Of a DNA stretch of 52,692 bases, positions 1-9,156 are shown piece after piece. This stretch comes from a virus. Its lineage: Duplodnaviria > Caudoviricetes. The stretch lies in IMG/VR virus record IMGVR_UViG_3300032329_000320, positions 1 through 52,692 of that record; one strand, written 5' to 3'. The translations under genes were made by a program, and so were the position numbers. The notes beneath the pieces are model-generated. The model saw nothing but the letters and a program-made list of their open reading frames with translations. It made no database searches and was not told where the DNA came from. Numbering within the stretch: the stretch's first letter is position 1; every line of letters starts with the position of its first letter.

Positions 1-18
1 ACAGGAGAACTCTACTCT

Positions 19-372
19 ATGAAGAAGCTTCCTAAAAATAAAAAGGTGCTTCACGATTCAAAGATATACATAAAACTGTTCCAGGACAAATCAGATGTCT
101 TGATGAATCTTCCGTACCAAAGCATGAGAATATTCTTTTACATATGCTCTAGAGTACGACCTATGAGAGACTATGTATTTCTCAATAAGGATGATATTAC
201 GGCTGTTTTAGGTAACATGTCTGAGCCAACATTCAGACTTGCGATTAATGGTCTTATTGAGGCTAATATCATCGCTAGAAAGATGGGCTCAACTTTAGAG
301 TATTGGTTGAATCCTGATATTATGTTTAATGGCAGCAGACTTAAATTAATAGAAAATCACAAAATGATTTAA
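19..372 (+). CDS. RepL-like winged-helix protein
   Basis: 117 aa; HTH-like segment (LGNMSEPTFRLAINGLIEANII) and C-terminal YWLNPDIMFNGSR resembling the RepL family. Confidence 0.6.
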   Translation: MKKLPKNKKVLHDSKIYIKLFQDKSDVLMNLPYQSMRIFFYICSRVRPMRDYVFLNKDDITAVLGNMSEPTFRLAINGLIEANIIARKMGSTLEYWLNPDIMFNGSRLKLIENHKMI

Positions 373-376
373 AGTG

Positions 377-384
377 TATCTTTG
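377..384 (+). promoter_or_regulatory. Bacteroidota sigma70 -7 element TATCTTTG
   Basis: Matches TAnnTTTG; intergenic, ~33 nt before ATG 417. Confidence 0.6.
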
Positions 385-416
385 TGTCTCATTTTAAACA
401 ACTAAAAACAAATACA

Positions 417-572
417 ATGGCAAAGATGATTAAAGAATACGGTGGTAAAGAAATGTACGCTTCTAAAGGTGCTAAAATGATGCACGAGAAGAAAGAAGGT
501 AAGAAAGTAGAGAAGAAGGAAAAGATGATGGAAAAGAAATCAGTGGCTAAAAAACCAATGAAGAAGAAGTAA
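417..572 (+). CDS. Small Lys/Met-rich basic protein
   Basis: ATG 417 after an A-rich leader; the TTG at 384 overlaps the promoter motif; MAKMIKEYGGKEMYASK... Confidence 0.7.
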   Translation: MAKMIKEYGGKEMYASKGAKMMHEKKEGKKVEKKEKMMEKKSVAKKPMKKK

Positions 573-573
573 A

Positions 574-744
574 ATGAAAAGTACTGTAAACAAAGCAGGA
601 AATTATACTAAGCCTACTATGAGAAAGGTATTGTTTGAGAAAATCAAAGCAGGCACTAAAGGCGGTAACGCTGGTCAGTGGTCTGCAAGAAAAGCTCAAA
701 TGTTAGCCAAGGAGTATAAAGCTAAAGGAGGAGGATATAAGTAG
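574..744 (+). CDS. DUF5872-like protein, N-terminal half (not in ORF track)
   Basis: 56 aa MKSTVNKAGNYTKPTMRKVLFEKIKAGTKGGNAGQWSARKAQMLAKEYKAKGGGYK; GQWSARKAQ motif; fills the gap between neighbours. Confidence 0.8.
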   Translation: MKSTVNKAGNYTKPTMRKVLFEKIKAGTKGGNAGQWSARKAQMLAKEYKAKGGGYK

Positions 745-745
745 T

Positions 746-988
746 ATGGCAAAGAAGGAAACACAACAAAGTTTAGATAGGTGGACTAATCAGAAATGGA
801 CTACAGCGTCAGGAAAGCCATCTAGCAAAACAGGAGAGGTCTATGCTCCGGCAAAGACAATAGCTAAGTTGAAGAGTACTGATGAAGGTAGAAGGAAACT
901 TGCAGCAGCCAATGCTACAAAAAGAGCAGCAACTAAAGCAGGTAAGCAATTCGCGAATCACGGATTACATAAAGGTAAAAAAAGATAA
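746..988 (+). CDS. DUF5872-like protein, C-terminal half
   Basis: QQSLDRWTNQKWTT..GKPSSKTGE.Y.P..KRAATKAGKQF motif; starts 1 nt after the previous stop. Confidence 0.7.
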   Translation: MAKKETQQSLDRWTNQKWTTASGKPSSKTGEVYAPAKTIAKLKSTDEGRRKLAAANATKRAATKAGKQFANHGLHKGKKR

Positions 989-990
989 AT

Positions 991-1182
991 ATGGCAAAAG
1001 CTAAATTAGGTTCAGGAGCAAAGTTTGCTGCAATGCAAAAGAGTGTTGCATCAGCATATGCAAAGAAAGGTGTGCCAGCTGCTAAGGCAAAAGCTATTGG
1101 CGCTGCTGTTGCAGCTAAAGCTGGTATTAAAAAGTATGGTCAGAAAAAAATGACCCAAATGGCCGTAAAAGGTAAAAAATAA
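991..1182 (+). CDS. Small Ala/Lys-rich basic protein
   Basis: 63 aa, KLGSG.KF...GIKKYGQKKM; tightly packed operon. Confidence 0.75.
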   Translation: MAKAKLGSGAKFAAMQKSVASAYAKKGVPAAKAKAIGAAVAAKAGIKKYGQKKMTQMAVKGKK

Positions 1183-1187
1183 TTGAT

Positions 1188-1457
1188 ATGCAAGAAAAGA
1201 AAAAGAACCCTGACCAAGGTAAAGTTGGTGAAATGGGTAAGCCTAGTTTACAATCTAATTTCGAAGCAGCAATGCAGGAAGAAAGAGATGCCATGATGAA
1301 AAAGAAAGGTGATAAGACCCCTAGCGTAAATATTAAAAGAGTTATGGAGGTTATAAAGAAGAGAGGCCCTCAGAAAACTGAAATGGGAGGAAAAGATAAT
1401 AGCATGAAGTTTGAGGGTGCTATGCAGAAAGCATTTATGAGCAGATTTAAAAATTAA
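1188..1457 (+). CDS. Small Lys/Met-rich hypothetical protein
   Basis: 89 aa with an internal duplication (EMGK..FEAAMQ / EMGG..FEGAMQ). Confidence 0.65.
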   Translation: MQEKKKNPDQGKVGEMGKPSLQSNFEAAMQEERDAMMKKKGDKTPSVNIKRVMEVIKKRGPQKTEMGGKDNSMKFEGAMQKAFMSRFKN

Positions 1458-1460
1458 TAT

Positions 1461-2489
1461 ATGCCTGACCAAACTTCAAATACTAAAGGAAATCCTTCTT
1501 TATTAAGACAACTTTTTGAAGGTGGTGCATTCTTACCATCTCCAGGTGGAGCTTATACTACCATTAAAAAAATAGGAAAACAAATTACTAGTAATATAGC
1601 TAGCAATATAGAACCAAGGGGTTACACTGATGGTAGGTCTACCGCTAAGAGTAAAACTATGCAAGATATAGAAAACACTATAGCATCAGCGAAGAAGTTT
1701 ACTAAAGCAGGAGTATTAAATGAAATGAGTCCATACAGAATGGCTACCGAAAATTATGTAAGCGCAAATAAAGACGTAGACGAAAATAAAGAAAGACTAG
1801 ATTTAGTTAATATGTGGGCAGGTAAGCCTCAAAGATTTGGAACTGTTGTTAAGTCTGAGTATAAACCAACAATAGGTGCAGAAGAAGGAACTCAATATTA
1901 CAAACTACCAGGTGTTGAAAAAGAATTATTTGGGAGTTTAATAAGAAACGGTGTAATGGAAGGGAAGTTCAATAAGCCTGTAAAAAGTAAGCAAGATTTA
2001 GAAAATGCTTTAGGTATTGAAAAAGGTGGATTTTTTACGGAAGCAAAAGATGCATCTGGTAAAAAAATAGGTTACACTGGAACTATACGCTCTTTAGGAG
2101 AAGGAACTATTAGTATAGGAGAGGATGCAAAGGGACCATACATAAGCTACTATGATAAATGGGATATAAATCCTTTAGCAGGGGCATCATCTGCAATGCC
2201 AAGCTGGGTTCCTGATGTTGTAGTAAAGGGAATAGATAAAGTAGTTACAGGTATTCCAGAAAAAATGGGAATAACAAGCGCTCCAAGAGTATATGGAAGA
2301 ATATACTTTGATAAGCAAACAGGTAAACCTATTGGTAAAGATTTTGAAGATATTTTTAATAAATTAAAATCTGAATCTCAAGGCCCTGAACAACCTATAG
2401 AGGATGGGAAACAAAGCTCTAGTTCTACTGGTGGATTTGCCGGATTGCTTAAGAAGAAGTCTTCTGGACCTATAGGAAAGAAAAAATAA
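1461..2489 (+). CDS. Hypothetical protein, possibly virion-associated
   Basis: 342 aa; GEDAKGPYISYYDKWDINP motif reminiscent of Bacteroidota phage virion proteins. Confidence 0.7.
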   Translation: MPDQTSNTKGNPSLLRQLFEGGAFLPSPGGAYTTIKKIGKQITSNIASNIEPRGYTDGRSTAKSKTMQDIENTIASAKKFTKAGVLNEMSPYRMATENYVSANKDVDENKERLDLVNMWAGKPQRFGTVVKSEYKPTIGAEEGTQYYKLPGVEKELFGSLIRNGVMEGKFNKPVKSKQDLENALGIEKGGFFTEAKDASGKKIGYTGTIRSLGEGTISIGEDAKGPYISYYDKWDINPLAGASSAMPSWVPDVVVKGIDKVVTGIPEKMGITSAPRVYGRIYFDKQTGKPIGKDFEDIFNKLKSESQGPEQPIEDGKQSSSSTGGFAGLLKKKSSGPIGKKK

Positions 2490-2657
2490 GTAAAGAGTGT
2501 GAGCTGGCCATATGAAGCAGAATACTAGGACATTTATTTCATTATAAGTCAGTCCTGTTATATCTCCGATATAAGTCATTATATCGACACATATCCAAAA
2601 TAGCTCATCTACTATTTCTTGTTGAAAAGGGAGGAATCCTACGATTTCTTGTGACAT
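2364..2657 (-). CDS. Small membrane protein, opposite orientation
   Basis: 97 aa; LFWICV..GLTYNEINVLVFCFIWP hydrophobic motif; fills the + strand gap 2490-2747. Confidence 0.65.
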   Translation of the reverse strand: MSQEIVGFLPFQQEIVDELFWICVDIMTYIGDITGLTYNEINVLVFCFIWPAHTLYLFFLSYRSRRLLLKQSGKSTSRTRALFPILYRLFRALRFRF

Positions 2658-2747
2658 TGTAAATAGTTTTTAGTTTTATAAATAGCTTATATAGCAATAT
2701 TAAACAATGAATTTGAAATAAATAGTAACTTTAACAAACTTTAACAA

Positions 2748-2870
2748 ATGGCGAAGGTAAAAGGCGATAGCATAAAAACTAGTTTTGGGAAGAGAAAAGG
2801 AGGTTCTGCCAAGAAATCTTACAATAAGCATTCACCTAAACCAAAGCGATATAAAGGACAAGGAAGATGA
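2748..2870 (+). CDS. 40-aa basic peptide ending YKGQGR (not in ORF track)
   Basis: MAKVKGDSIKTSFGKRKGGSAKKSYNKHSPKPKRYKGQGR; its stop overlaps the next start (ATGA 2867-2870). Confidence 0.75.
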   Translation: MAKVKGDSIKTSFGKRKGGSAKKSYNKHSPKPKRYKGQGR

Positions 2871-3184
2871 TAGACTTAGCTAGAATAAAGAAAAGATACG
2901 GATTCTCAGAATTCAATAAGCCAAAGCCGTCTGATGATAGCACACATAAGAGAATGGTACTAGCTAAAGAAGGCGACAAGGTTAAACTTGTTAGATATGG
3001 CGCTAAGGGTTATTCTTCAAACTATTCAGACGAGGCTAGACAACAATATAGAAAGCGACACGCTAAAGAAGCTAACTCATCTAAGTTAACAGCAGGTTGG
3101 TGGGCATTCCACGACCTATGGTCTAAGGGCTCTAAAGTTTATAGAGAAGGTAAAACTTCTGGTAAAGGAGAGCGTTTCAAGTAA
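2867..3184 (+). CDS. Basic protein, DUF5754/DUF6321-like
   Basis: NKPK..KEGDKVKLVRYGAKGY..YRKRH..TAGWWA..LW pattern. Confidence 0.7.
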   Translation: MIDLARIKKRYGFSEFNKPKPSDDSTHKRMVLAKEGDKVKLVRYGAKGYSSNYSDEARQQYRKRHAKEANSSKLTAGWWAFHDLWSKGSKVYREGKTSGKGERFK

Positions 3185-3193
3185 ATATATTCA

Positions 3194-3201
3194 TATCTTT
3201 G
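3194..3201 (+). promoter_or_regulatory. -7 promoter element TATCTTTG
   Basis: TAnnTTTG 14 nt before ATG 3216. Confidence 0.55.
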
Positions 3202-3215
3202 CTATAAATCAAAGT

Positions 3216-3515
3216 ATGAAGCAAGATAAATTAAATGAGGCTGTTATTGCCTCTATAGAGTATATGCTTAAGCCATACGGTGTAAGCATGTTACATATCT
3301 CACAAAATCCAATAATAGAAGGGAAGCATTGGTTTCATTATTATACATTTAAATCCAAAGAGCAGTTCGAGGATTGGAGAGAGCAAACTATTGCCATTTT
3401 TAGAAAGCACGCCAAAGTTTCAAAATCAGCAGCAAAGAAATATTTTAACCAATTAAATCTACAATATGGACTCAGAGAAGATTACGCTACAGAGCCTGAA
3501 ACCACTGAGGGGTAA
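3216..3515 (+). CDS. Hypothetical protein
   Basis: 99-aa ORF downstream of a promoter motif. Confidence 0.7.
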   Translation: MKQDKLNEAVIASIEYMLKPYGVSMLHISQNPIIEGKHWFHYYTFKSKEQFEDWREQTIAIFRKHAKVSKSAAKKYFNQLNLQYGLREDYATEPETTEG

Positions 3516-4089
3516 GGTACTCGTAGGTGTCAACTACGATGAGAAGAAGGAACATAAACTAGCAGACGGAACATCTATTCAAGTTGAACGTCAGTTTGAT
3601 TGGGATGGTAAGATGTCTCAAAATACATTCGGAATCATTATGCATGATTATGAGAATGTAAAGAGCGGAACTATGATTGTAATAAATCACAACGCTTGTA
3701 TCAAAGAAACTTGCCTTCCTGTTAAATACGGGAAGTATGATATATACTCTATTGATGCGGCTCAAGTATATGCTTATGTAATAGAGGGAGTGCCTCATCC
3801 TTTTGATGGATACTTTTTAGTAGACAGGCTAGAAGAGGTAAAGGAAAAATCTATCATCTATACTGAACATACTGAGAAGAAGCATATTCATAATAAGTTC
3901 CTAGTTAAAGAGATAGGTGTTAACGAAGACATCAAAGAAGGAGATATAGCAATCTGTTATACTATGTCTGACTATGAACTTCCATACAATAATAACGGAA
4001 GATTAGAATATCTAATAAGAGTAAAGGTTAGAGATGTTGTAGCAATAGAGAAGTTTGATAAAACAAAGTATGCAATCTATGAAAAGTGA
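3466..4089 (+). CDS. GroES-like co-chaperonin, probably two tandem domains
   Basis: LKPLRGKVLV and PHPFDGYFLV starts; IKEGD...LIRVKVRDVVAI resembles the GroES C-terminus. Confidence 0.55.
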   Translation: MDSEKITLQSLKPLRGKVLVGVNYDEKKEHKLADGTSIQVERQFDWDGKMSQNTFGIIMHDYENVKSGTMIVINHNACIKETCLPVKYGKYDIYSIDAAQVYAYVIEGVPHPFDGYFLVDRLEEVKEKSIIYTEHTEKKHIHNKFLVKEIGVNEDIKEGDIAICYTMSDYELPYNNNGRLEYLIRVKVRDVVAIEKFDKTKYAIYEK

Positions 4090-4387
4090 TAAGGATAGTT
4101 TAAAAGAGATAATAGAGATTATAGAAAAAGACCATATCATTGGTTCTTATTATCAGCTTCAAAAGAAGCTAATGGAGATTAATAAACTATTAGACGCAAC
4201 TGACTTATCTCAAATAAGCCTAGATAACAAAGACGATGGAACATGGGAGAGAATCATGAAGCTGTTTAGCTCAATAGGTGACATTAACGATGTTCTAAAA
4301 AAACTAAGAATAGATAATGGACTTACAGGAAACAAAGAAGAAGACATTAAAAAAAGCAAATCCATCATCGAAAGATTTGCTCAATAG
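4079..4387 (+). CDS. Helical protein, candidate terminase small subunit
   Basis: Small helical ORF two genes upstream of TerL; start uncertain (4055/4070/4079). Confidence 0.4.
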   Translation: MKSDKDSLKEIIEIIEKDHIIGSYYQLQKKLMEINKLLDATDLSQISLDNKDDGTWERIMKLFSSIGDINDVLKKLRIDNGLTGNKEEDIKKSKSIIERFAQ

Positions 4388-4835
4388 ATTAGAGCACTTC
4401 AAGGCTAAATCTTCTGAGCTTTCTAAAAAGTTAAGTCTATTAAAACTAGACCAAAAGAGATTGGTAGAAAGAAGTGCAGGATACAGGAAGGAGGCTAGGA
4501 TAAAGAAATTCGCTCCTGTTAATGTTACGCATGACGCAAAGACTATTTCCAGGTATATGCTGTTTACTCGTAACTTAGAGAAAGCGACAGGTGTAAGTAT
4601 ATATAACATGGGAATATTAATATGGGCATCTTGCTATGAGAGATTCTGTTATTCGGATTATATGAAAGACGGAATAGCTAATAGCAACTCTTATTTTATA
4701 TTTATCAGATACGCTATGGAGAATAATTACATCGGAAAACATAAGAACATAGAGAACGCTAAAACATACTTTATAACACCTCTTGGTACAAAGACTGCAA
4801 ACTCTTTTATTAAGTATATGAAAAAGAACGTATGA
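4317..4835 (+). CDS. Hypothetical protein with C-terminal winged-helix-like region
   Basis: YFITPLGTK wing-like motif; ATGA overlap with TerL. Confidence 0.55.
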   Translation: MDLQETKKKTLKKANPSSKDLLNRLEHFKAKSSELSKKLSLLKLDQKRLVERSAGYRKEARIKKFAPVNVTHDAKTISRYMLFTRNLEKATGVSIYNMGILIWASCYERFCYSDYMKDGIANSNSYFIFIRYAMENNYIGKHKNIENAKTYFITPLGTKTANSFIKYMKKNV

Positions 4836-6841
4836 TAGAAGAGATATATGGCATAAAATACGAACTACATGAAAAGCCTAAACTAATAGAAATAGGTAAT
4901 AGCGAATTGGATAAAGAGGAACAGTACTTTAGGATAACGAAATTACCCGACTATTTAAGAGATGTGGAGTTTGATGATAATGGTAACGCCATATATAACG
5001 AACAACAAGAGGATTTTATTGTAAAGGAAATCAATAGAATAAATGAAGGTTATTGGTTTTTCAATAATGGAGAGCCTACATATATAACAGGACTTCATTA
5101 TTTCTACTTAAACTATTGGACACTAGAAGATGGAAGTAAGCCTGATTACAGAGAGGTAGATAGGAGATGGTTTTACTATCAAGACCACTGCGAAACATTA
5201 AATCACTGCTTTGGCATTGTCAGAATAAAGAAGCGTAGAGAGGGTGCTACATCACAAGCTACTTGTTATCTTGTATGGAAGTCAATCACTAAGAAGAAGT
5301 CATTCTGTGGTATAGTTTCTAAAACAGGTAAAGATGCGAGTGACGCATTTATCTACATGGTAATGAACGGATATAGGAGCCTTCCTGTTTATCTTAAACC
5401 AAGAGCTGAAGATGAAGACACAAAGACCGAACTTGTGTTTAGGGAAAAGAAAAGCAGAAAGATAAAAGTAAGAGAGAAGGGTCAAATGTTTGATGATGAC
5501 ATTGGTATTGAATCAAAGATAAATTGGAAGAATACTGCACTTAACTCTTATGACTCAGGAAGGGTGACTGCTCTACTAGTAGATGAGGGTGGTAAGTATC
5601 CGGCAGAAGTTCCTATTAATCAGTATTGGCCTATCGTTAAGAAGACCCTTGGGAAGGGTGCGTTTAGAGTAGGCTTCTGTCTAATGCCGTCTACTGCCAA
5701 TGATTCTAAATCTGGTGGTGAACCATATAAGAAACTATTTGACGAATCCAATCACTTTGAAAATGAGTATACGGCTACTGGTCTTTATAGATACTTTTGT
5801 CCTGCTTATGATGGATATGAAGGTTTTATAGATAGATACGGCAAATCAATAATAGAAAATCCTACACCTGAGCAAAAAAAGTACATCAAGGAAAAGCTAG
5901 GCATGAATATAGATTGCGGAGCCAAAGATTTCTTAATGAGACAAAGGTCATTAATATCTGACCCTACATTATTAGCGGAAGAGATAAGAATGAACCCATT
6001 CACAGAAGAAGAAGCGTTCATGATTGACCAAAAGAGATGCTACTTTAATTCTGAGAAAATATATAATCAAATAGAAAGAATAGAACATGATAGAGTTATT
6101 CCGAGAAGAATAAGATTGTATTGGAAGTCAGAAGGAGTTGTGGATTGGTCAGATGACAAAGAAGGTATGTGGTCTGTTTATGAGATACCTGAAAAGGAAC
6201 TTCAGAACAAGAAACTAGATGATAGGAGGATTCCGGCAAATACGCACATATTCTGTAATGGTATTGACCCGTATCGTTCTACGATAATATCAGGGAAGGG
6301 TTCTATGGCAGCGGCTTATATATTTAAGAGACTAGACCCAAATGACCCAGAAAATACAGGAATGGCTGTTGCAGAGTTTTATGGAAGACCAAGGCAAAAA
6401 TCAATGCTTCACGAGGAAATGCTCAAGGCTTGTGTTTTATGGGGAATGAAAGCGAATTATGAGAATGACGTAGGAGATGACTATGTTGACTATTTCAGGG
6501 ATAGAGGATACTCCGAGTATCTATCTAAAACACCTCAAGCAGCTATAGACAGGAATAAGAAGAGGACAGGAAATGTAACATACGGAGTAGCTTCTAGAGA
6601 CCCTTTTGCCTTGGCTAGGCAATTAGAGACATGTATCAACTATATTGAAAGTCATTGTCATAAGATATTCTATAGGGAATTACTAGAGGAATTACTAAAC
6701 TATGACCATGAGAATAGAACGCCTTTCGATAGGACTGTTGCTTTTATGATTTCTTTATTAGCAGGGGTTTCTATAGAAATGAGAAAAGAAGAGATTAAGG
6801 TTCGCAAAGTGCCTATAAAATCTTATAAACTAAACCTTTAA
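4832..6841 (+). CDS. terL: Terminase large subunit
   Basis: YITGLHYFYLN, Walker A-like KKRREGAT, Walker B LLVDEGGK, STAN coupling motif, RNase H GIDPY and FDRTVA. Confidence 0.93.
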   Translation: MIEEIYGIKYELHEKPKLIEIGNSELDKEEQYFRITKLPDYLRDVEFDDNGNAIYNEQQEDFIVKEINRINEGYWFFNNGEPTYITGLHYFYLNYWTLEDGSKPDYREVDRRWFYYQDHCETLNHCFGIVRIKKRREGATSQATCYLVWKSITKKKSFCGIVSKTGKDASDAFIYMVMNGYRSLPVYLKPRAEDEDTKTELVFREKKSRKIKVREKGQMFDDDIGIESKINWKNTALNSYDSGRVTALLVDEGGKYPAEVPINQYWPIVKKTLGKGAFRVGFCLMPSTANDSKSGGEPYKKLFDESNHFENEYTATGLYRYFCPAYDGYEGFIDRYGKSIIENPTPEQKKYIKEKLGMNIDCGAKDFLMRQRSLISDPTLLAEEIRMNPFTEEEAFMIDQKRCYFNSEKIYNQIERIEHDRVIPRRIRLYWKSEGVVDWSDDKEGMWSVYEIPEKELQNKKLDDRRIPANTHIFCNGIDPYRSTIISGKGSMAAAYIFKRLDPNDPENTGMAVAEFYGRPRQKSMLHEEMLKACVLWGMKANYENDVGDDYVDYFRDRGYSEYLSKTPQAAIDRNKKRTGNVTYGVASRDPFALARQLETCINYIESHCHKIFYRELLEELLNYDHENRTPFDRTVAFMISLLAGVSIEMRKEEIKVRKVPIKSYKLNL

Positions 6842-6861
6842 CTTTGCACAAATACATTTTA

Positions 6862-9156
6862 ATGAACTTAGATGATAAAAAGATTCTAAACTTCCATTTA
6901 GCTAATGGCGCATTGAAGCGTGAGGCCTCTGAAGGACTCAAGGTTGCAAAGATATTAGAAAAGGCATTTAATGAGGGATTCTTCTCTAGAAGAAATAAGA
7001 AGTTCATAAAGAACAGGTCTTTCTCTCGTGGCCGTCAGCCAATGAAAGAATACCTAGACTATCTAAATATTGATGGTAAAGAGGCCTTTGTTAATCTAGA
7101 TATGAAGGCTCCGGCTATTGCTCCTAAGTTTATACAGGTAATGATAGGTGGGTTCATGAAGAGAGAAGAGAAGGTTAGAGCATCTGCCGTAGACCCTATT
7201 TCTACAGAAAGAAAGAAGATAGAAAGAGAGAATGCTGAGTTCAGAATGAATCAAGGACCTGAAGTTGCTCAATTAGAGCAGCAGTTCCAAATGGAGTTAA
7301 TGCCTAAAGGGTTTACTCCTGAAGATGAAGATGAGTTAGAATTATTCTTCTCTGACTACCAAACTCCAGAAGAGATTATGTTTGAGCAAGGTGTTAGCTT
7401 TGTTTTGCATCAAAATACATGGCCAGTAATTAAAAGAAAGGTACTTGAAGATTTAATTGAAGTTGGTATAGCTGGAACTAAGACATATGTTGCTACTAAT
7501 GGCCAAGTGAAGATTAAGAGGGTTATACCTGAAAATATGATTTATTCATATTCAGAATACGATGACTTTAGAGACCTTTCTTTCATAGGAGAAGTTATTT
7601 CTAAAAAGATTGTAGAAATTAGAAATGAGTATCCTGATATGAGCGAAGATGATTTATTCAAACTAGCTAAAAGCGGAAAGAATAGAAACTCTTCTTTAGG
7701 TTGGCAAGAAAGATATAGATATGATTCATATAGACCATATGACGACTGGGCTGTTGAGGTTATAGATTTTGAGATTAGAACTATCGATTCTTTAATGTAT
7801 CAAGCTAAAACTAATAAGTTTGGTAACCTAATAGTAGAGAGAAAAGATAAAAGACCTACAAAGGTTTCAGAAAATAAAGAATTGATTACCAAGGACATGT
7901 TCGTTATATATCATGGCGTATATGTAATAGGAATGGATAAGATGTTAGAGTGGGGTATTCAAAAGAATATGATTAAACCTTCTGTTGTTAAAGAAATGGC
8001 AGATGCTTATTTCAGCTACTCTCTTTACATGTATGAGAATCTTGATTTAGAGAACATGCCAATACCTGAAAGAATGGAAACTTCTATTCGTCAGATGACA
8101 TTAGCTCACTTAAAGATTCAGCAATTAGTTGCTAAGATGAGACCTCCAGGAGTAGCTGTTGACGTAGATGCTTTAACAGATATGGACTTGGGTCAAGGTA
8201 AGAGCTCTACACCATTAGATGCTCAGGCTGTATATGACCAAACAGGCGTATTGTACTATAAGAGCAAGAATGAAGAAGGAGAAAGGTCAAATGGTCTTCC
8301 ATTCCAAGAGCTTCCAAATAGCGGAGGTGCTGCTCAATTACAACAATTACAAGCTACTTATAATTTCTATTTAGATAGACTTAGGGCTGAGATAGGATTG
8401 AATGAGGTGGCAGAAGGTGCTTCATTAAACCCAAGAATGGGCGTTGGTGTAGCTCAGGCTCAAATGGCCGTATCTAATAACGCAACTGATTTTATATACG
8501 AAGGATACTTATCGATATTTAACCAAACAGCATTTAAAGCTAGTTTGCTTATATATGATGCTACAATGTATGGTGGTCAGCAGTATAGGGAGCATATGGG
8601 GGAATCTGTTAAAGATAAGAAATTTGATGTAAAGATTCAAGTTCTACCAGACGAAAAGGATAGACAGTATTTAGAATCTATTATTCAGACTGCATTATCT
8701 GCGCAACAGATAGAATTTGAAGATGCTTTTAAAATTAGACATATAGAGAATGTTAAGCTAGCTGAAATGTATCTTACTAAGTCTAAAAAGAGAAGGCAAA
8801 AAGAGCAAATGGAAATAGCTCAACAAAACTCTCAAATGAATGCAGAGGCTCAACAAAAGTCTATTCAGGCTAAGGGAGAATCTGATGCTCAGTTGCAGCA
8901 AATTCAATCTCAATCTAAGGCTAGTCTTATACAGATTGAAATGTCTATGAAAGCTGAAATGGCAGAGCAAGAGTTTGTTCAAAGTATACTACTTAAATCA
9001 TTTGAAACAGGAACTACATTAAGTCCTGAATTAAGAATGATTGTTGATTCTTATATGGCTAAAAAACAAGCCAAAGAACAAGCTATTCAGCAGCAACAAA
9101 TGCAACAGATGCAGCAAGCTCAATCTCAAGAAATGCAAGGAGAAGAAATGCAGTGA
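6862..9156 (+). CDS. Portal protein
   Basis: ~764 aa directly after TerL; IAPKFIQVMIG motif, Gln-rich coiled-coil tail; promoter TAACTTTG at 6839-6846 favours ATG 6862. Confidence 0.85.
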   Translation: MNLDDKKILNFHLANGALKREASEGLKVAKILEKAFNEGFFSRRNKKFIKNRSFSRGRQPMKEYLDYLNIDGKEAFVNLDMKAPAIAPKFIQVMIGGFMKREEKVRASAVDPISTERKKIERENAEFRMNQGPEVAQLEQQFQMELMPKGFTPEDEDELELFFSDYQTPEEIMFEQGVSFVLHQNTWPVIKRKVLEDLIEVGIAGTKTYVATNGQVKIKRVIPENMIYSYSEYDDFRDLSFIGEVISKKIVEIRNEYPDMSEDDLFKLAKSGKNRNSSLGWQERYRYDSYRPYDDWAVEVIDFEIRTIDSLMYQAKTNKFGNLIVERKDKRPTKVSENKELITKDMFVIYHGVYVIGMDKMLEWGIQKNMIKPSVVKEMADAYFSYSLYMYENLDLENMPIPERMETSIRQMTLAHLKIQQLVAKMRPPGVAVDVDALTDMDLGQGKSSTPLDAQAVYDQTGVLYYKSKNEEGERSNGLPFQELPNSGGAAQLQQLQATYNFYLDRLRAEIGLNEVAEGASLNPRMGVGVAQAQMAVSNNATDFIYEGYLSIFNQTAFKASLLIYDATMYGGQQYREHMGESVKDKKFDVKIQVLPDEKDRQYLESIIQTALSAQQIEFEDAFKIRHIENVKLAEMYLTKSKKRRQKEQMEIAQQNSQMNAEAQQKSIQAKGESDAQLQQIQSQSKASLIQIEMSMKAEMAEQEFVQSILLKSFETGTTLSPELRMIVDSYMAKKQAKEQAIQQQQMQQMQQAQSQEMQGEEMQ

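Noticed and set aside
384-6861. TTG starts at 384 and 6844
   Set aside because: Both overlap the TAnnTTTG promoter motif; downstream ATGs (417, 6862) have A-rich leaders
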